Source: Takakia lepidozioides (lineage: Eukaryota > Plantae > Bryophyta). From it: a stretch of 64,000 bases of DNA. Where the stretch lies: NCBI GenBank assembly GCA_030704615.1, contig CM060732.1, forward strand, positions 24,242,001 to 24,306,000, in the 5' to 3' direction. Positions 38,965-50,586 of the stretch are shown here, piece after piece. The first letter of the stretch is position 1; every line of letters starts with the position of its first letter. The notes beneath the pieces are model-generated. The model had not been told where the DNA came from and did not search any database. It was given only the letters and a program-made list of their open reading frames with translations. A program made the position numbers and the translations under genes.

Positions 38965-41440
38965 TTGGATGCCACTCCTTCTGTTTCTTTGCAAGAAAGA
39001 TTAAGGGAATTGGTACAGGAAGAAGATCAATCACGAGGTGAAAGATCTGAGGTACATCCTTGGATAAAAGACTTGACAGAAATCTTTGATAAGAGTTGGC
39101 ATGGAACACCAAAAGCAGGAACTCCAGTTTCTGAAGCAGAAGGTGAAGAAGGAGAAGAGGATGTGGCAGAGCCAACGGAGAGTTCAGACTCTCCAACACC
39201 ATTACAGTTGAGTTACATGAGTGAAGAAGAAACCAAGGGCAGAACTTGGAGGATGAAAACAGAGAGAAGAAATTAGAAGAGGAAGAATATGAAGAAGTAG
39301 ACCCAACAGCTGAGGTTGAGACTACAACCAGGACATCCCAACCCGTTGGACCTGGATCAAGTGGAGCACTTGGATCACAGGCCAACGAAGGTGTCGGCTC
39401 AGGGGGATCAGGCGGGCTGCCTGGATCTGGCTCTGGGGGGACAGGGAGTGTGGGAAGTAGTGCAACTGAAGCTGGGAATACTGTGAATATCGTGGGGCCA
39501 AAAGCAGGGAGTGCTCAAGGGCCACCACTTGGTGGAAGATCCACCACAAAAACAACAGGTCCAGAAGGACCAGCACCAGCAAGGGTGCCAGCACCTGTCA
39601 GTGGGCAGAAGGTAGGGCCACAGATGGCGTTACAACCAACACGGGCAAAACCACCCTTTCCAATATATTCAGGAAAAGGGGATCCCGATGTACACATTAG
39701 CCAATTTGAGCACATGTGTATAGTGAACAATGAGAATGGTGATGATGCCAAGATGAGACTGTTTCCTTGTTCACTTATCAAGAAAGCAAGTGAATGGTAT
39801 GCAAGATTCCCTGATAATCATTTCCTAACCTGGAATGGCTTGAATACAGCATTTCGAAATAGGTTCAGGACAAGTAAAACTGAGGATGAAGTGTATGGAA
39901 GTTTACAACAGCTGAAGCAGAAGAAGCATGAAACTGTTGAAGAGTATATGGAGAAGATGGAATTGATGATGAAAAAGCTGGCTGCAGTACCAGCGCCCAG
40001 TTTACAGAAGACTTGGTTTGTGAGTGGACTAAGACCAGAGTTGCAAAAGAAAGTGGATATGTTACCCCATAATACAGTGGAGGAGGCATTTGAAACTGCG
40101 AACAGAATTGAGCAATTGGGAATGCTCAGGAGAGAGAAAAAAGAAGATGAGGACTTTGAGGATGAGTCAGATGAAGAAGAAGAGCAAGAACTAAAAAGAA
40201 AGAGTAAGAGAAAGGAGAAGTTGAAGAGGGATAACTATGAAAAAAATTTGGAAAAAATCTTGAAGAAGTATGCCACAGAGGCTGCAACACATTGGAGGAA
40301 GGGTGTATGGTGTGCAAAGTGCCAGAATGAAGGCCATACCACCACAGAATGCCACATGAAGGAGAAACACTGTACTATCTGTAAAATGGATAACCATTCT
40401 ACTGAGAATTGTTACTACAACAGAAGGACAGCTGCAAGAGAACCTAGGCAAGTAAGGGTGCATCAGGTGCAGCCCCAGCCAAGAAGAAACAATGATCAGG
40501 ACCACTATGGTAGGTCTGGTGGTTATAACAATGGCATGGAAGGGAGAGGTAATTCAAGAGGGAATTACCAAGGAAATTCCAGAGGCAACTATCAGGGTAA
40601 TCCAAGGGGGAATTACCAGCCCGGGAATCAGGATTATAGAAATAATCCAAGAACAGACCAAGGGCGAGGACCCAATGGTGAAGAGCTATGTTACTATTGT
40701 AATCAGCCAGGACATCGCAAGGCAGCCTGTTCATTCTGGATAAGACACCAGAATGAGATGAGAGCTCCTGTGAATGAGGGCCCAGTGGTGGCAGCTCACA
40801 TGGTTAGGCCATGTGTTGTACCAGAAGTAAGTACAATGATAGTAACAAGAAGTAAAGCCAAACTAATACCTCCAGTAGAAGAGGAAGAAGATGAGAATGG
40901 AAGTGGCAATGATATGCCTGAAGATGAAGAGACTTGGAAAGATGAGAAGGAACTGCACAAGGAAGTGGCAGATACTATAAGGGAAATGCAAAAGAGTACT
41001 GATATTCCTGTGGCAGATTCCTCTGATTCGGATGGAGAAAAGAAGGGAGTGAGGAAGAAAGGAAAAAAGAAGATGCAGACATGCAAAGTAATGAAGAGAC
41101 TTTGGCTGAAGTAATATGCCAGACCAAAGCAGAAATTACCATTGGACAGCTATTAGCTGTGGCACCTTATTGTAGGCACAGGCTGTATCAAGCAATCAAT
41201 CGAATTGCCCAAGAGACAGGAAACACAGACCTGAACAGCAAGGTGACCAGTTATAATGTGAAGCCGGAAGGGCGAGAAACAGTCATGGACTTTGATGATT
41301 TATGCCAGTAATCCAATTGAGAATTGGAAGCACAGAACTAACTGATGTACTGATAGATGGTGGTTCTGGAGTAAATATCATGACAGACCAATTAAGGAAG
41401 AAGCTTGGTCTAAGTAACATGAAACAGCCCCATTTACAGT
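38965..41440 (+). CDS. gag: gag (three CCHC knuckles) and aspartic protease of gypsy A, with frameshifts
   Basis: FPIYSGKGDPDVHISQFE..LFPCSL..ASEWY..LQQLKQKKHETVEEY..FVSGLRPEL; CAKCQNEGHTTTEC, CTICKMDNHSTENC, CYYCNQPGHRKAAC; protease VLIDGGSGVNI near 41350. Confidence 0.88.
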
Positions 41441-41444
41441 AACA

Positions 41445-44400
41445 ATGGCAGATCAAAGAAGTGTACAGCCATTGGGATTAATAAGAGGAGTTAAGATACA
41501 GATACAGAAAATGATCTTTATGATCACAGTAACTGTATTAAAAATGGATGAAGTCATGGAGGCTTACTCCTTATTATTGGGACGTCCGTGGCTGAAACAG
41601 GCCAGGGTATTCTATGACTGGAATTCTCAGTTACTAACCGTGCATAATGGGATACACGAGATACAAATTACCACAAAGAAATCTAGTAGATTACCTGCTA
41701 CAAGAAGACCTCGAGGAGTCAGAGAGTATGACTGGAAAGGAGGACTGGATGAGGAGCAGGAAGCTACCCTATTTGTTGCACACCCAGAGTGGGAGCAGGT
41801 TGCAGAGATGCGGCTGGAAAGCCTAAGTTGTTTAAGAGGTATCTGCTGTGGTGTAGTGACAGCAACACCAACTGAAGAGGAAACCAGCATTTACCCATCA
41901 CATTTCTATGAAGAAAGAGAAGGAGAAATAGAAATCCTAGAAGAACCAGCCACTGTGAGCTTACAGGATGAAGTGGTGACTGGTTGGACAATCACAGCTG
42001 ATGAGCAGGTGAGGGAAGTAAATGTGGGAACTAAAGAGGAACCGAGGATGGTGAAAGTAGGAGCTGATTTGGAGCCGGAATTCTTCGAAGAAGCTAAAAG
42101 CTTGTTCATCAAATACAGAGATGTATTTGCTTGGAGCTATGAGGATCTAAAAGGGATACCACCTGAAGTCTGTCAGCATAAGATTGAACTGGAACCAGGG
42201 TCAGTACCAATCAAGCAGGCGAGGTATAGAATGAATCCCAACTACGCACAGAAGGTTGGAGAAGAGATAAAGAAGTTGGCTGAGGCTAAGTTTATATACC
42301 CAATAGAGTATACAACTTGGTTGTCACCCATTGTTATAGTTCCCAAGAAGAATGGCAAACTAAGAGTATGTGTGAACTATAAGAAGCTGAATGCTTGTAC
42401 GAAGAAAGATCCTTTCCCTTTGCCATTCACAGAAGCAGTATTAGACACTGTGGCAGGCCATGAGATGTACTCATTCATGGATGGCTTCAGTGGTTATAAT
42501 CAAGTGCAAGTGGCAGAAGAAGACCAAGGGAAAACAGCTTTCATCACAGACTGGGGGGCTTATGCATACAAAGTCATGCCCTTTGGACTTTGTAATGCAC
42601 CAGCGACCTTTCAGAGAGTGATAAGTGAAATTTTTCATGAGTATCTGGATGATTTCATGCAGGTATTCTTGGATGATTTCAGTGTGTACAGCTCTAAGAG
42701 TGAGCACTTGCATAAATTGGAGTTATGTTTGGCCAGATGCAGGATGAGAGGTCTGGGCCTGAATCCAGAGAAGTGTACTTTCTGTGTGAACTCAGGGGTG
42801 CTTCTGGGACACATTGTGTGTAAGAAGGGACTCCTTGTGGATCCCAGAAAGACAGAGTCCATTAAAGCCTCTCCACCACCAGTGAATGTTAAAAGTCTAC
42901 GGAGATTCCTTGGGCAAACCAGTTATTACAGGAGATTTGTCAAAAGGTATGCACAAATAGCAGCACCATTGAGCAAACTACTGAAGAAAGATGCAGTGTT
43001 TGCCTGGACAGCTGAATGTCAACAGGCATTTGAGGAACTTACACTGTCAGTAACAACTACACCTGTGCTGATTAACCCTCACTGGCATGTAGTATTCCAT
43101 GTTCACTGCGATGCATCAGGAGAAGCGTTGGGAGCGGTGTTAGCCCAGAATGTTACAGGGAATATAGATTCACCTGTGTACTATGCTAGCCGGTTGATGA
43201 ACAGTGCTGAGAGGAACTATAGCACAACGGAAAGAGAAGCATTGGCAATGATCTATGCAGTGAAGAAATTCAGGCATTACCTGTTGGGCAAGAAGTTTAT
43301 GTTCTATGTGGATCACCAGGCTCTGATATACCTGGTAAACAAACCTCTGATAAGCGGAAGAATAGCAAGATGGTTGATAATCTTGCACGAGTTTGAGTTC
43401 GAGGTTCTTTACAAGCCTGGGAGACTGCATCTTGTGGCAGATCATTTGTCACGATTGTCAATAGGAGAACCAGCCACAGGAATAGATGATCAATTACCAG
43501 ATGCGAGTCTCTTTGCAGTGGAGGTGCAGGGAAGTGCAGATGACTGGTTAGATTGGCAGTGGCCAATCAGATACTACCTTGCTCATGGTCAGTGCCCACC
43601 TAGTTATGGTAAGGAGCAGAGGAAGAGAATCGCTATCAAAACTTTACCTTATACTATGGTAGGAAGCAGAATGTATAAGTTAGGACCTGATGGAGTACTA
43701 AAACGATGCTTGTACCACCATGAAGTAAATAAAGTTTTGGCGGAAGTTCATAAAGGAGTGGCTGGAGGTCATTTTGGAGAAGAGACTACCAGTAGAAAGA
43801 TACTACTCGCAGGATACTGGTGGCCTACTTTGTTCAAAGATGTACACGAGTATTGTCAGAAGTGTGATGAATGTCAGAGGCTAGGACCTTTGCAGAGATC
43901 TGGAAGGATGGCCTTGCATCCTACAATGCCTACGGAACCATTTCAGAAATGGGGACTAGACTTTGTTGGACCAATTAACCCACCATCCAAGAATACACGA
44001 AACAGGTACATAATTACAGCCACTGATTATACTACAAAGTGGGTGGAAGCTAAAGCTTTGAGGGACAACACAGCCAAGTCCACAGCAAGGTTCCTGTACG
44101 AGAACATACTTACACGATTTGGCTGTCCCTTAGAATTTATCAGTGATCAGGGAAGTCACTTCATGAATGAGACCATTGAGTTGTTGACTAAAGAGTTTAT
44201 GATTGTGCATAGAAAGAGTACAACATATTACCCACAGGGTAATGGGCAGGCAGAGGCTACCAACAAAATACTATGTACTATCTTGGCTAAGATAGTCAAT
44301 GCAAACAGAACGGATTGGGATACAAAGCTGCTGACAGCTTTGTGGTCATACATGACTTCATATAAAGTCACCACTAAGTATACACCATTCCAATTAGTTT

Positions 44401-45080
44401 ATGGTATGGAAGCCTTACTTCTAGTGGAATTCCTGTTACCTACCATGAGAACGGAGTGGGGAAAGAGAATGGAATTGCAAGACTCCATCAAGGTCAGGAA
44501 ACATGAATTATACCATGTGGAAGAAGTACGTGCTGATGCAGCTGATAATATGACCAGAATTCAGATGAAGCGAAAGGAACAGTTTGATGAAGGCAAGTTA
44601 AAGACTTTTAAGACGGGGGATTTGGTTCTATGGTTGCAGAAGAAAGGAAAGATTCAAGCTTCTAAGCTTAAATCACCATGGAAAGGACCTTATGTCATAC
44701 AAAAGATGTATGATAACAACACCGCCATGTTACAAACCATTAACAAAGAAATGCTGGGAAGAGTCAATGCCAATAAGTTGAAGGGGTACAGTGGTATCCA
44801 TGACAAACCCTTGCAGCATGATTTGCATGTTGAACCGCAAGAGCAGTCACGGGCTGCACCAGTGTTACGAACGGAGTATGGAGCACTTGTCGCTAGGCCC
44901 AGCATATATGACCAGGGCGGGCAAAACAAACGTGACACAGCCTATCACAGCCCATCAAGGCAAAGCACAATCACAGCCCATCACGACGTGACACAGCCTA
45001 TCATAGCCCATCACGACGTGACACAGCCTATCACAGCCCATCAAGGCAAAACACAGCCATCACAGCCCATCACGACGTGA
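41445..45080 (+). CDS. pol: pol of gypsy A: protease C-terminus, RT, RNase H, integrase (uninterrupted 1211-aa ORF)
   Basis: LLLGRPWL, KDPFPLPF, MDGFSGYNQ, MPFGLCNAPATFQR, VFLDDF, HCDAS, TEREALA, YVDHQAL, HH-CC (HKGVAGGH..CDEC), WGLDFVG, SDQGSHF, QGNGQAE, WKGPY; no chromodomain seen. Confidence 0.97.
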   Translation: MADQRSVQPLGLIRGVKIQIQKMIFMITVTVLKMDEVMEAYSLLLGRPWLKQARVFYDWNSQLLTVHNGIHEIQITTKKSSRLPATRRPRGVREYDWKGGLDEEQEATLFVAHPEWEQVAEMRLESLSCLRGICCGVVTATPTEEETSIYPSHFYEEREGEIEILEEPATVSLQDEVVTGWTITADEQVREVNVGTKEEPRMVKVGADLEPEFFEEAKSLFIKYRDVFAWSYEDLKGIPPEVCQHKIELEPGSVPIKQARYRMNPNYAQKVGEEIKKLAEAKFIYPIEYTTWLSPIVIVPKKNGKLRVCVNYKKLNACTKKDPFPLPFTEAVLDTVAGHEMYSFMDGFSGYNQVQVAEEDQGKTAFITDWGAYAYKVMPFGLCNAPATFQRVISEIFHEYLDDFMQVFLDDFSVYSSKSEHLHKLELCLARCRMRGLGLNPEKCTFCVNSGVLLGHIVCKKGLLVDPRKTESIKASPPPVNVKSLRRFLGQTSYYRRFVKRYAQIAAPLSKLLKKDAVFAWTAECQQAFEELTLSVTTTPVLINPHWHVVFHVHCDASGEALGAVLAQNVTGNIDSPVYYASRLMNSAERNYSTTEREALAMIYAVKKFRHYLLGKKFMFYVDHQALIYLVNKPLISGRIARWLIILHEFEFEVLYKPGRLHLVADHLSRLSIGEPATGIDDQLPDASLFAVEVQGSADDWLDWQWPIRYYLAHGQCPPSYGKEQRKRIAIKTLPYTMVGSRMYKLGPDGVLKRCLYHHEVNKVLAEVHKGVAGGHFGEETTSRKILLAGYWWPTLFKDVHEYCQKCDECQRLGPLQRSGRMALHPTMPTEPFQKWGLDFVGPINPPSKNTRNRYIITATDYTTKWVEAKALRDNTAKSTARFLYENILTRFGCPLEFISDQGSHFMNETIELLTKEFMIVHRKSTTYYPQGNGQAEATNKILCTILAKIVNANRTDWDTKLLTALWSYMTSYKVTTKYTPFQLVYGMEALLLVEFLLPTMRTEWGKRMELQDSIKVRKHELYHVEEVRADAADNMTRIQMKRKEQFDEGKLKTFKTGDLVLWLQKKGKIQASKLKSPWKGPYVIQKMYDNNTAMLQTINKEMLGRVNANKLKGYSGIHDKPLQHDLHVEPQEQSRAAPVLRTEYGALVARPSIYDQGGQNKRDTAYHSPSRQSTITAHHDVTQPIIAHHDVTQPITAHQGKTQPSQPITT

Positions 45081-45290
45081 CAGCCTATCACAGCCCATCA
45101 AAGGAAAGCACAGCCTATCACAGCCCATCAAGGCAAAGCACAGCCTATCACAGCCCAGCACGGCGCAACACAGCCTATCACAACTACCACGGCGTGTCAC
45201 AGCCTATCACACAGCTTCACCACAGTGCATCACAGCCTATCACAGCGTAACACAGTATGACACAGCCTGTCACAGCTCAACACAGCCTAC
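44930..45290 (+). repeat. Internal tandem array (~30-bp unit, CACAGCCTATCACAGCCCATCA...) at the end of pol
   Basis: Directly visible; translated as QPITAHHDVT repeats. Confidence 0.9.
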
Positions 45291-45920
45291 TAAAGTTACA
45301 CGATCCATAGAATCAGTGACAAGTGGACGCATAATAACTTCAGGAAAATGGCTGACGGAAGAGAAACGGAAATTACTTTAAAAATAGACACGTGGAGGTC
45401 AGGGCGCGACACACAGCCGAGAGGAAGTGCAAGAACAGGTGTCAAAAAGAAAGAGGACAAGAACGGCCGTCAAAAGGGATGAAAGGCGGGCCCATTAATG
45501 AATACGGAAAAAGGGAAACGGAACGAACGGCAAGTACAGAAAAGCGGAATTCTTGTCACATGTGTGATCCTAGTGGACTATCCAACAGGGAAAGTCCACT
45601 AAAGAAAATAAAATCTAAAATCCAGTCACAGCGGATACAGCCAATAGAAAACCAGAGAAAGGATCAAGAAAATGGAGGGAAATTGAGCGCAAGAGGCGGC
45701 GTCGTTCTGAGTAACGGGCGTCTCGACGGGACAGACCATCAATGCTATAGCTTGGAAACTATGGAGGAACTAACAGACTATACGCTCGCAATATTACTTA
45801 CGCAGTGGCATAGACACGAAAGGACAGAGCGGAGCTTTTCTCTTGAGCGATGCTTGCAAGCCCCGCAGGCTTACAAGAAATTACCCATAGCTTTCTGCGG
45901 CAACCATACGTTTATGCTTT

Positions 45921-48900
45921 GTGCACTACAGGCATTCCTGCAGTTGTTACAGCCAAAAACAGTTCTGTGAGTCTAAAATGAAGAGAGTGAGAGGAATGGA
46001 GGAAATCAGGGTGAAGAGCACCACAATTCTGCAGAAACAAACAATTGCTACCCCACAGGCGATACAGATACTGGAGGAGCTGAGATTGCAAGGATTGCAA
46101 AGCCTAGATTGGACATTACACCATAGACAGTACATGTTACAATTTTTGCAGAACTTTGAGCCAAGGACAGGAACAACAACGGTGAAGGGAGTTGAATTGA
46201 TGATTACTCCCCTATACCTCCAGCAATTGTTTCGATTGCCAGCAGGTCAGGTGCATGTGGAGGAACACAGGGCAAGACTGCAAATAGGGGACTTATTCCA
46301 AGAAGGGAGTTTCTTTAAAACTCAGGGTTATGCTTGTACCAAGGCTGTGTACCCAGGGCTAAAAGAGGTAGGCCAGGTATTGAACGTTCTGATTGCCATG
46401 AAACAGAACCAACAGTATTTGAGCAGATCCTTCACGGAGGAAATACTCAAAGGCCTGAAGGGACAAGAGGTACAATGGGCGGACATAATGTACAACGCAC
46501 TGGTAGAGGAGATGAAAAGATTACAAGGTACTACCGCAAAGTCTCCTATCATAGTGTCTGGCCCAATCATTGCTCAAATAATCCTTGATTCTGGCATACT
46601 TGATGCGCAAGAAAAAAGGAAATGGGAGTGTTTGAGCCAGAAACAACTGCAATGGAAGAGCAAGGCTCTTCACACAGTGAGGGTGGACTAGCAGGGCAAC
46701 CCGAGACTAAGAGGCAGAGACGGGGAAAGACTGTAGTGGCGGATCCACTGGCTTCACGGATTCCGCATGATAATGTTTCCCAAGCTCATGGCCAGGAAGG
46801 GGCACAGCAGCACAGAGAAATGCTATTACTGGAAGCAGGACCTTCAGAGAGGGAGGAGGAAGTTACTTCTGTATCACAACCATCACAGCCAGCTGATCGA
46901 CTTGTCACAAGGTCACAAGTTATCCATGCAGCTCAACCAGAAATAATTGATTTGGAAAGAGAAGGGTTAGATATTCCAACTACAGAACAGATAGTGGCAG
47001 AAATGGAGAAGGGGGACCTTCTCTATGAATATTCTGGTCTGGTCAAAGAGACAGAGATCCCAGAGGTGCAACAGTTGCCCAAGGGAAATCCTGAGGTGCA
47101 TATAATACACACACCTGTGTCGGAGGTACCACAGGCGGAAGGTCATGACACTGTAGCACCGGTGATAGATGAAGTAGTTCAGGAAGAAAATCCGGTGGGA
47201 CAATGGCCTGAATGGTTCGTGAGACATCACACTGTTGAAGATCAGGAGGAACAGCAGCAACCTCACCATGATGACCCTCAACAGGCAATGCTGATGAGTT
47301 CCATAGGCAGGACACTTAATTTGTTGGGGACTTATGTCAAATCCCATGTTCCAATTACCCAATTGACAGCCTTGAGAGAGGAACTCAGGAAGGAGTTTGA
47401 GGCTCGACTAGCCACTGAGTGTGCAAACAAGGTCGATGAAGAGGTCACTCTCAAGATGCAGCAGGACTTGGGAAATACAGAAATGGCTTTGCAATTGGCC
47501 AAGGAACAATTGATTGAGGCAGGCCTCGCGCAAGACCAGTTGCACGAAGCACATAAGCAACAGCTATACCAAATGCAGGTGCAGCATGAAAGCAAGTTGC
47601 AAGAAGTGAATGCACTACATACGGAGTTGCAGACAGTGCATGACAGGATGGCGATACAATGTGCTACATTCACAACTATGCTTGACCAATCTACAAAAGA
47701 AATAAACAGTCAAGCGGAAAAATGTACGAAGGCAGAAGAAGAGAATGTTGAGCAATGAAGCTCATTGTCGATATGAAGAATACAATCTGTCGCAATGAAG
47801 ATACTTTCAAGCAATACAGGCAGATTGAAGCTGATCAAGAGAAGCACATCGTGGAGTTGCAACAAACCATCATGGCCAATAGAAATGAAATCGCGGTCAA
47901 TAACAAGGCTTGGAAGGAAGCCAATAATCTACTTGCTGCTTATGCGCAATTGGTTGAACCTCAGGCGAAGCGCATGGAGGCTTTACAACAGCAGTTGGAA
48001 TTGTACAAGCTAAGAGAGGAGCAAACTCTCAGGGGAACCACAAGCAACTTGGTGGATAACAGCCTTATGCAGGTCTGGTTAGCACAAGGGCCAGTAGAGG
48101 GCAAAGCCCACGAAAGCTCACCCAAAGCGAGATGAATGAGCTCAGGCTGCAGGTGCAGAACATTGCCACAACTACTATAGACAATGTCTATAGTAGGATA
48201 GCAGAGTTACAAGAGGATGTAGACGGACTGCAGACTCAAGTGGAAGACCTCACTTCAAACATCGACAAAGAGTCTATATCCCTCAGGAACAGCTAATGGC
48301 TTCTTATTTACAAGCCAGAACTTTGGCTTTTCAGTCTTCACAGGAGGTGCAGGAGATGCCAATGATACAAGAGCCAGTACCACCACCACCACACCAAAAG
48401 TCACTGTACCAGTAGCTGAACCTGTGGTTACTACAACCACACCACAGCCACCACAGCCGAAGTATGGGGCAATGCCGCTTTTAACCCACCTAAAACTCCA
48501 GCTGCAAGGGAGTACAGTAGGGCTATGATTATGCCCTTCAACCAAATTCCCATCATGTTGGATTTGGCTTGGAAAGAATTTAGTCCTCCGCAGTCATTCG
48601 CACATTACTACCAAATCATGCGTATTTGGCTGCCAGTGGCAACTAGGACTAAAGTTCTTCCGAACAATCGACATATTGAAGATCATCACTTTGCACAATA
48701 CTGGCACGAGGCAGGTACCATGTTGAGGGATTGATTGCTTTCCAGGTTGTACATGGACTCATTTATACCAAGACCAAGGAGGTAGCAAGTATTGTCATGG
48801 ATGCGGGTTATACTACTACGCTGCTTGTTTTCTGGTATACGTTACCACATTGAGCAACAAAAGATGCAAACACGCTTTCTGAGTTATTCCAGTGGAGATC

Positions 48901-49527
48901 ATTGGGTATTACCTTCGGCCACCTCATATGTACCTATATGACCCAAAAGTTATGATGCAAAAGGATTCTCAAATTCGTTCATGGTTTCAAGCAGCCTGGA
49001 ACCATTTGTCAACACAGAAATTCGGCATTGATGACATTTTCTATAAGGGACATGTGGCATGGAAATACTTGCACGCTGCACCAGTAATTGGTACCCCTCA
49101 CCTGGACAGACAAGGAGCTCAGTGTCTACACCAATTTTGCTGTTCAGCGGTTACACCAAGTTGTAAAATACAAACTTCCAGACATGGTAGGACAGCATTG
49201 TATGCCCCAGATGATTCCACAAAAGTTCGAAAATTAAAACACCTGAGAGGCGATGAGGATTCTGATACAACTGTTTCTTCACCGAATTCTTTTGACATGG
49301 GAGAAGACTATGCAGTTCAGATGGCAGAGAAGAAGCGAAGGGGTCTCCTATGCCGGAAAGGTTACCTCGATATCAGCCTCCAGAGGGCCTCACTTATCCA
49401 GGTAGTGATCAACCATCTCCGTCAACCAGAGACAGACCTCGGGCTCGTACACAGTCCGCCACGAAACTCTCAACGTCAAAAGGTGCTCACTCACAAAGGT
49501 TTGCTAGTCGAAATCAGTAAACCGTGA
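45921..49527 (+). CDS. Extra sense-strand ORF region 3' of pol in gypsy A (plant-transposon-protein-like N-terminus, acidic linker, long coiled coil); fragmented
   Basis: ORFs 45921-46691 (LQFLQNF..TVKGVELMIT..LQQLFRLP..VQWADIMY), 46622-47758, 47755-48135, 48525-48734, 48892-49527; probably one or two genes broken by frameshifts. Confidence 0.65.
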
Positions 49528-49557
49528 GGACACGGCTTTTTGAGGGGGGAAGGGTAA

Positions 49558-50586
49558 TGTTACTCCGGGGTTAGACATTATACGCGGATTTGTCACCCAT
49601 CCCTTAATTTTTCACGAGGCGGAAACTCCCAAGATAGAAAGTTGGAAAAATCTCTAAGTACACACCCCGCGCAGAACAACAGTCATGACCTACACATTGT
49701 ATCATGGGGGTGTTTCCTACACATGTTTCCCTTTTGGTATTCAATGTTAGCACAGCTTACCATTGCTAATTAGTATCAGTTTGCACACATCAATCTATTG
49801 GTTCCATCAACTCTCCTTCAATTTCAGCAGCTTCCCTCACATTCTCTCCTACAACCCAGTGTGATTTTATCGTAAAGTAATCCGATATGATTTATCAGGA
49901 TCAGCCGAAGCATTGTGGTCTCTAATCTGCTCTACATAATCATTACAGCCTTCATATATCAACATCTACTCATCATCTCTCTATCTGTCACTTCCGTTCT
50001 TCATCTCGCCCGATCTTCCCTCTCCTCCATGACCAAGAAGTCCTCCTCCGAATGAATCCCTCAATTCCCAGTTTTCCCTTTATCTTCCTATCCGTGGTTC
50101 TAACCGTTTCCCTCACAACCGTCGTCTGTGAACTAACATGTTCCCTTCGCAGGTATTGTTCCCACAGTCGTTCCCTGTCATACTCTTCGTTCCCTATGAT
50201 CGTGACAGCTGTCAAGCGGTGACTGGCTTGTGCAACTGTGACGGGCTGTGACTGGCTGTGGCGACTGTGTTTGGCTGTGTCGGGCTGTGACTGGCTGTGT
50301 GGCTTGTCGGGCTGTGTCCCGGCTGTGACATTGTGTCTGCTGTGACGACTGTGACGGGCTGTGTCGGCTGTGTCTGCTGTGACGACTGTGCCGTCTGTGG
50401 TTGGCTGTGACGACTGTGACGGGCTGTGTTGGCTGTTGTCGACTGTGACGACTGTGACGGGCTGTGTAACCCCCCTCTACAGTGCGCTGCTGTCACCCCT
50501 AAGCTCCTGTTGGTCCAGTCTGTGCAAAAAACTAAGGGTACCCTACAGATCCCGTATAAGTGTCTAATCCCGACAGTCCTCTAACA
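49558..50586 (-). repeat. Right terminal repeat of gypsy A, inverted relative to the left LTR
   Basis: Follows PPT GAGGGGGGAAGGG. ~49590-50586 is the reverse complement of 37157-~38180 (CTGTGACGA arrays; ..CGACAGTCCTCTAACA end). Confidence 0.9.

Larger units (their letters stand above)
37157..50586 (+). mobile_element. Ty3/gypsy element A (non-chromovirus, Athila/Tat-like), full length, with inverted terminal repeats
   Basis: TSD ATACA (37152-37156, 50587-50591); left repeat 37157-38187; PBS 38190-38207; gag, protease, RT-RH-INT and extra ORFs; PPT 49542-49554; right repeat 49558-50586 is the reverse complement of the left. Confidence 0.93.

Noticed and set aside
37157-50586. DIRS-type retroelement or DNA transposon as the explanation for the inverted repeats
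   Set aside because: It encodes a DDE integrase with HHCC and GPY motifs, has PBS, PPT and a 5-bp TSD, and no tyrosine recombinase or transposase was seen.
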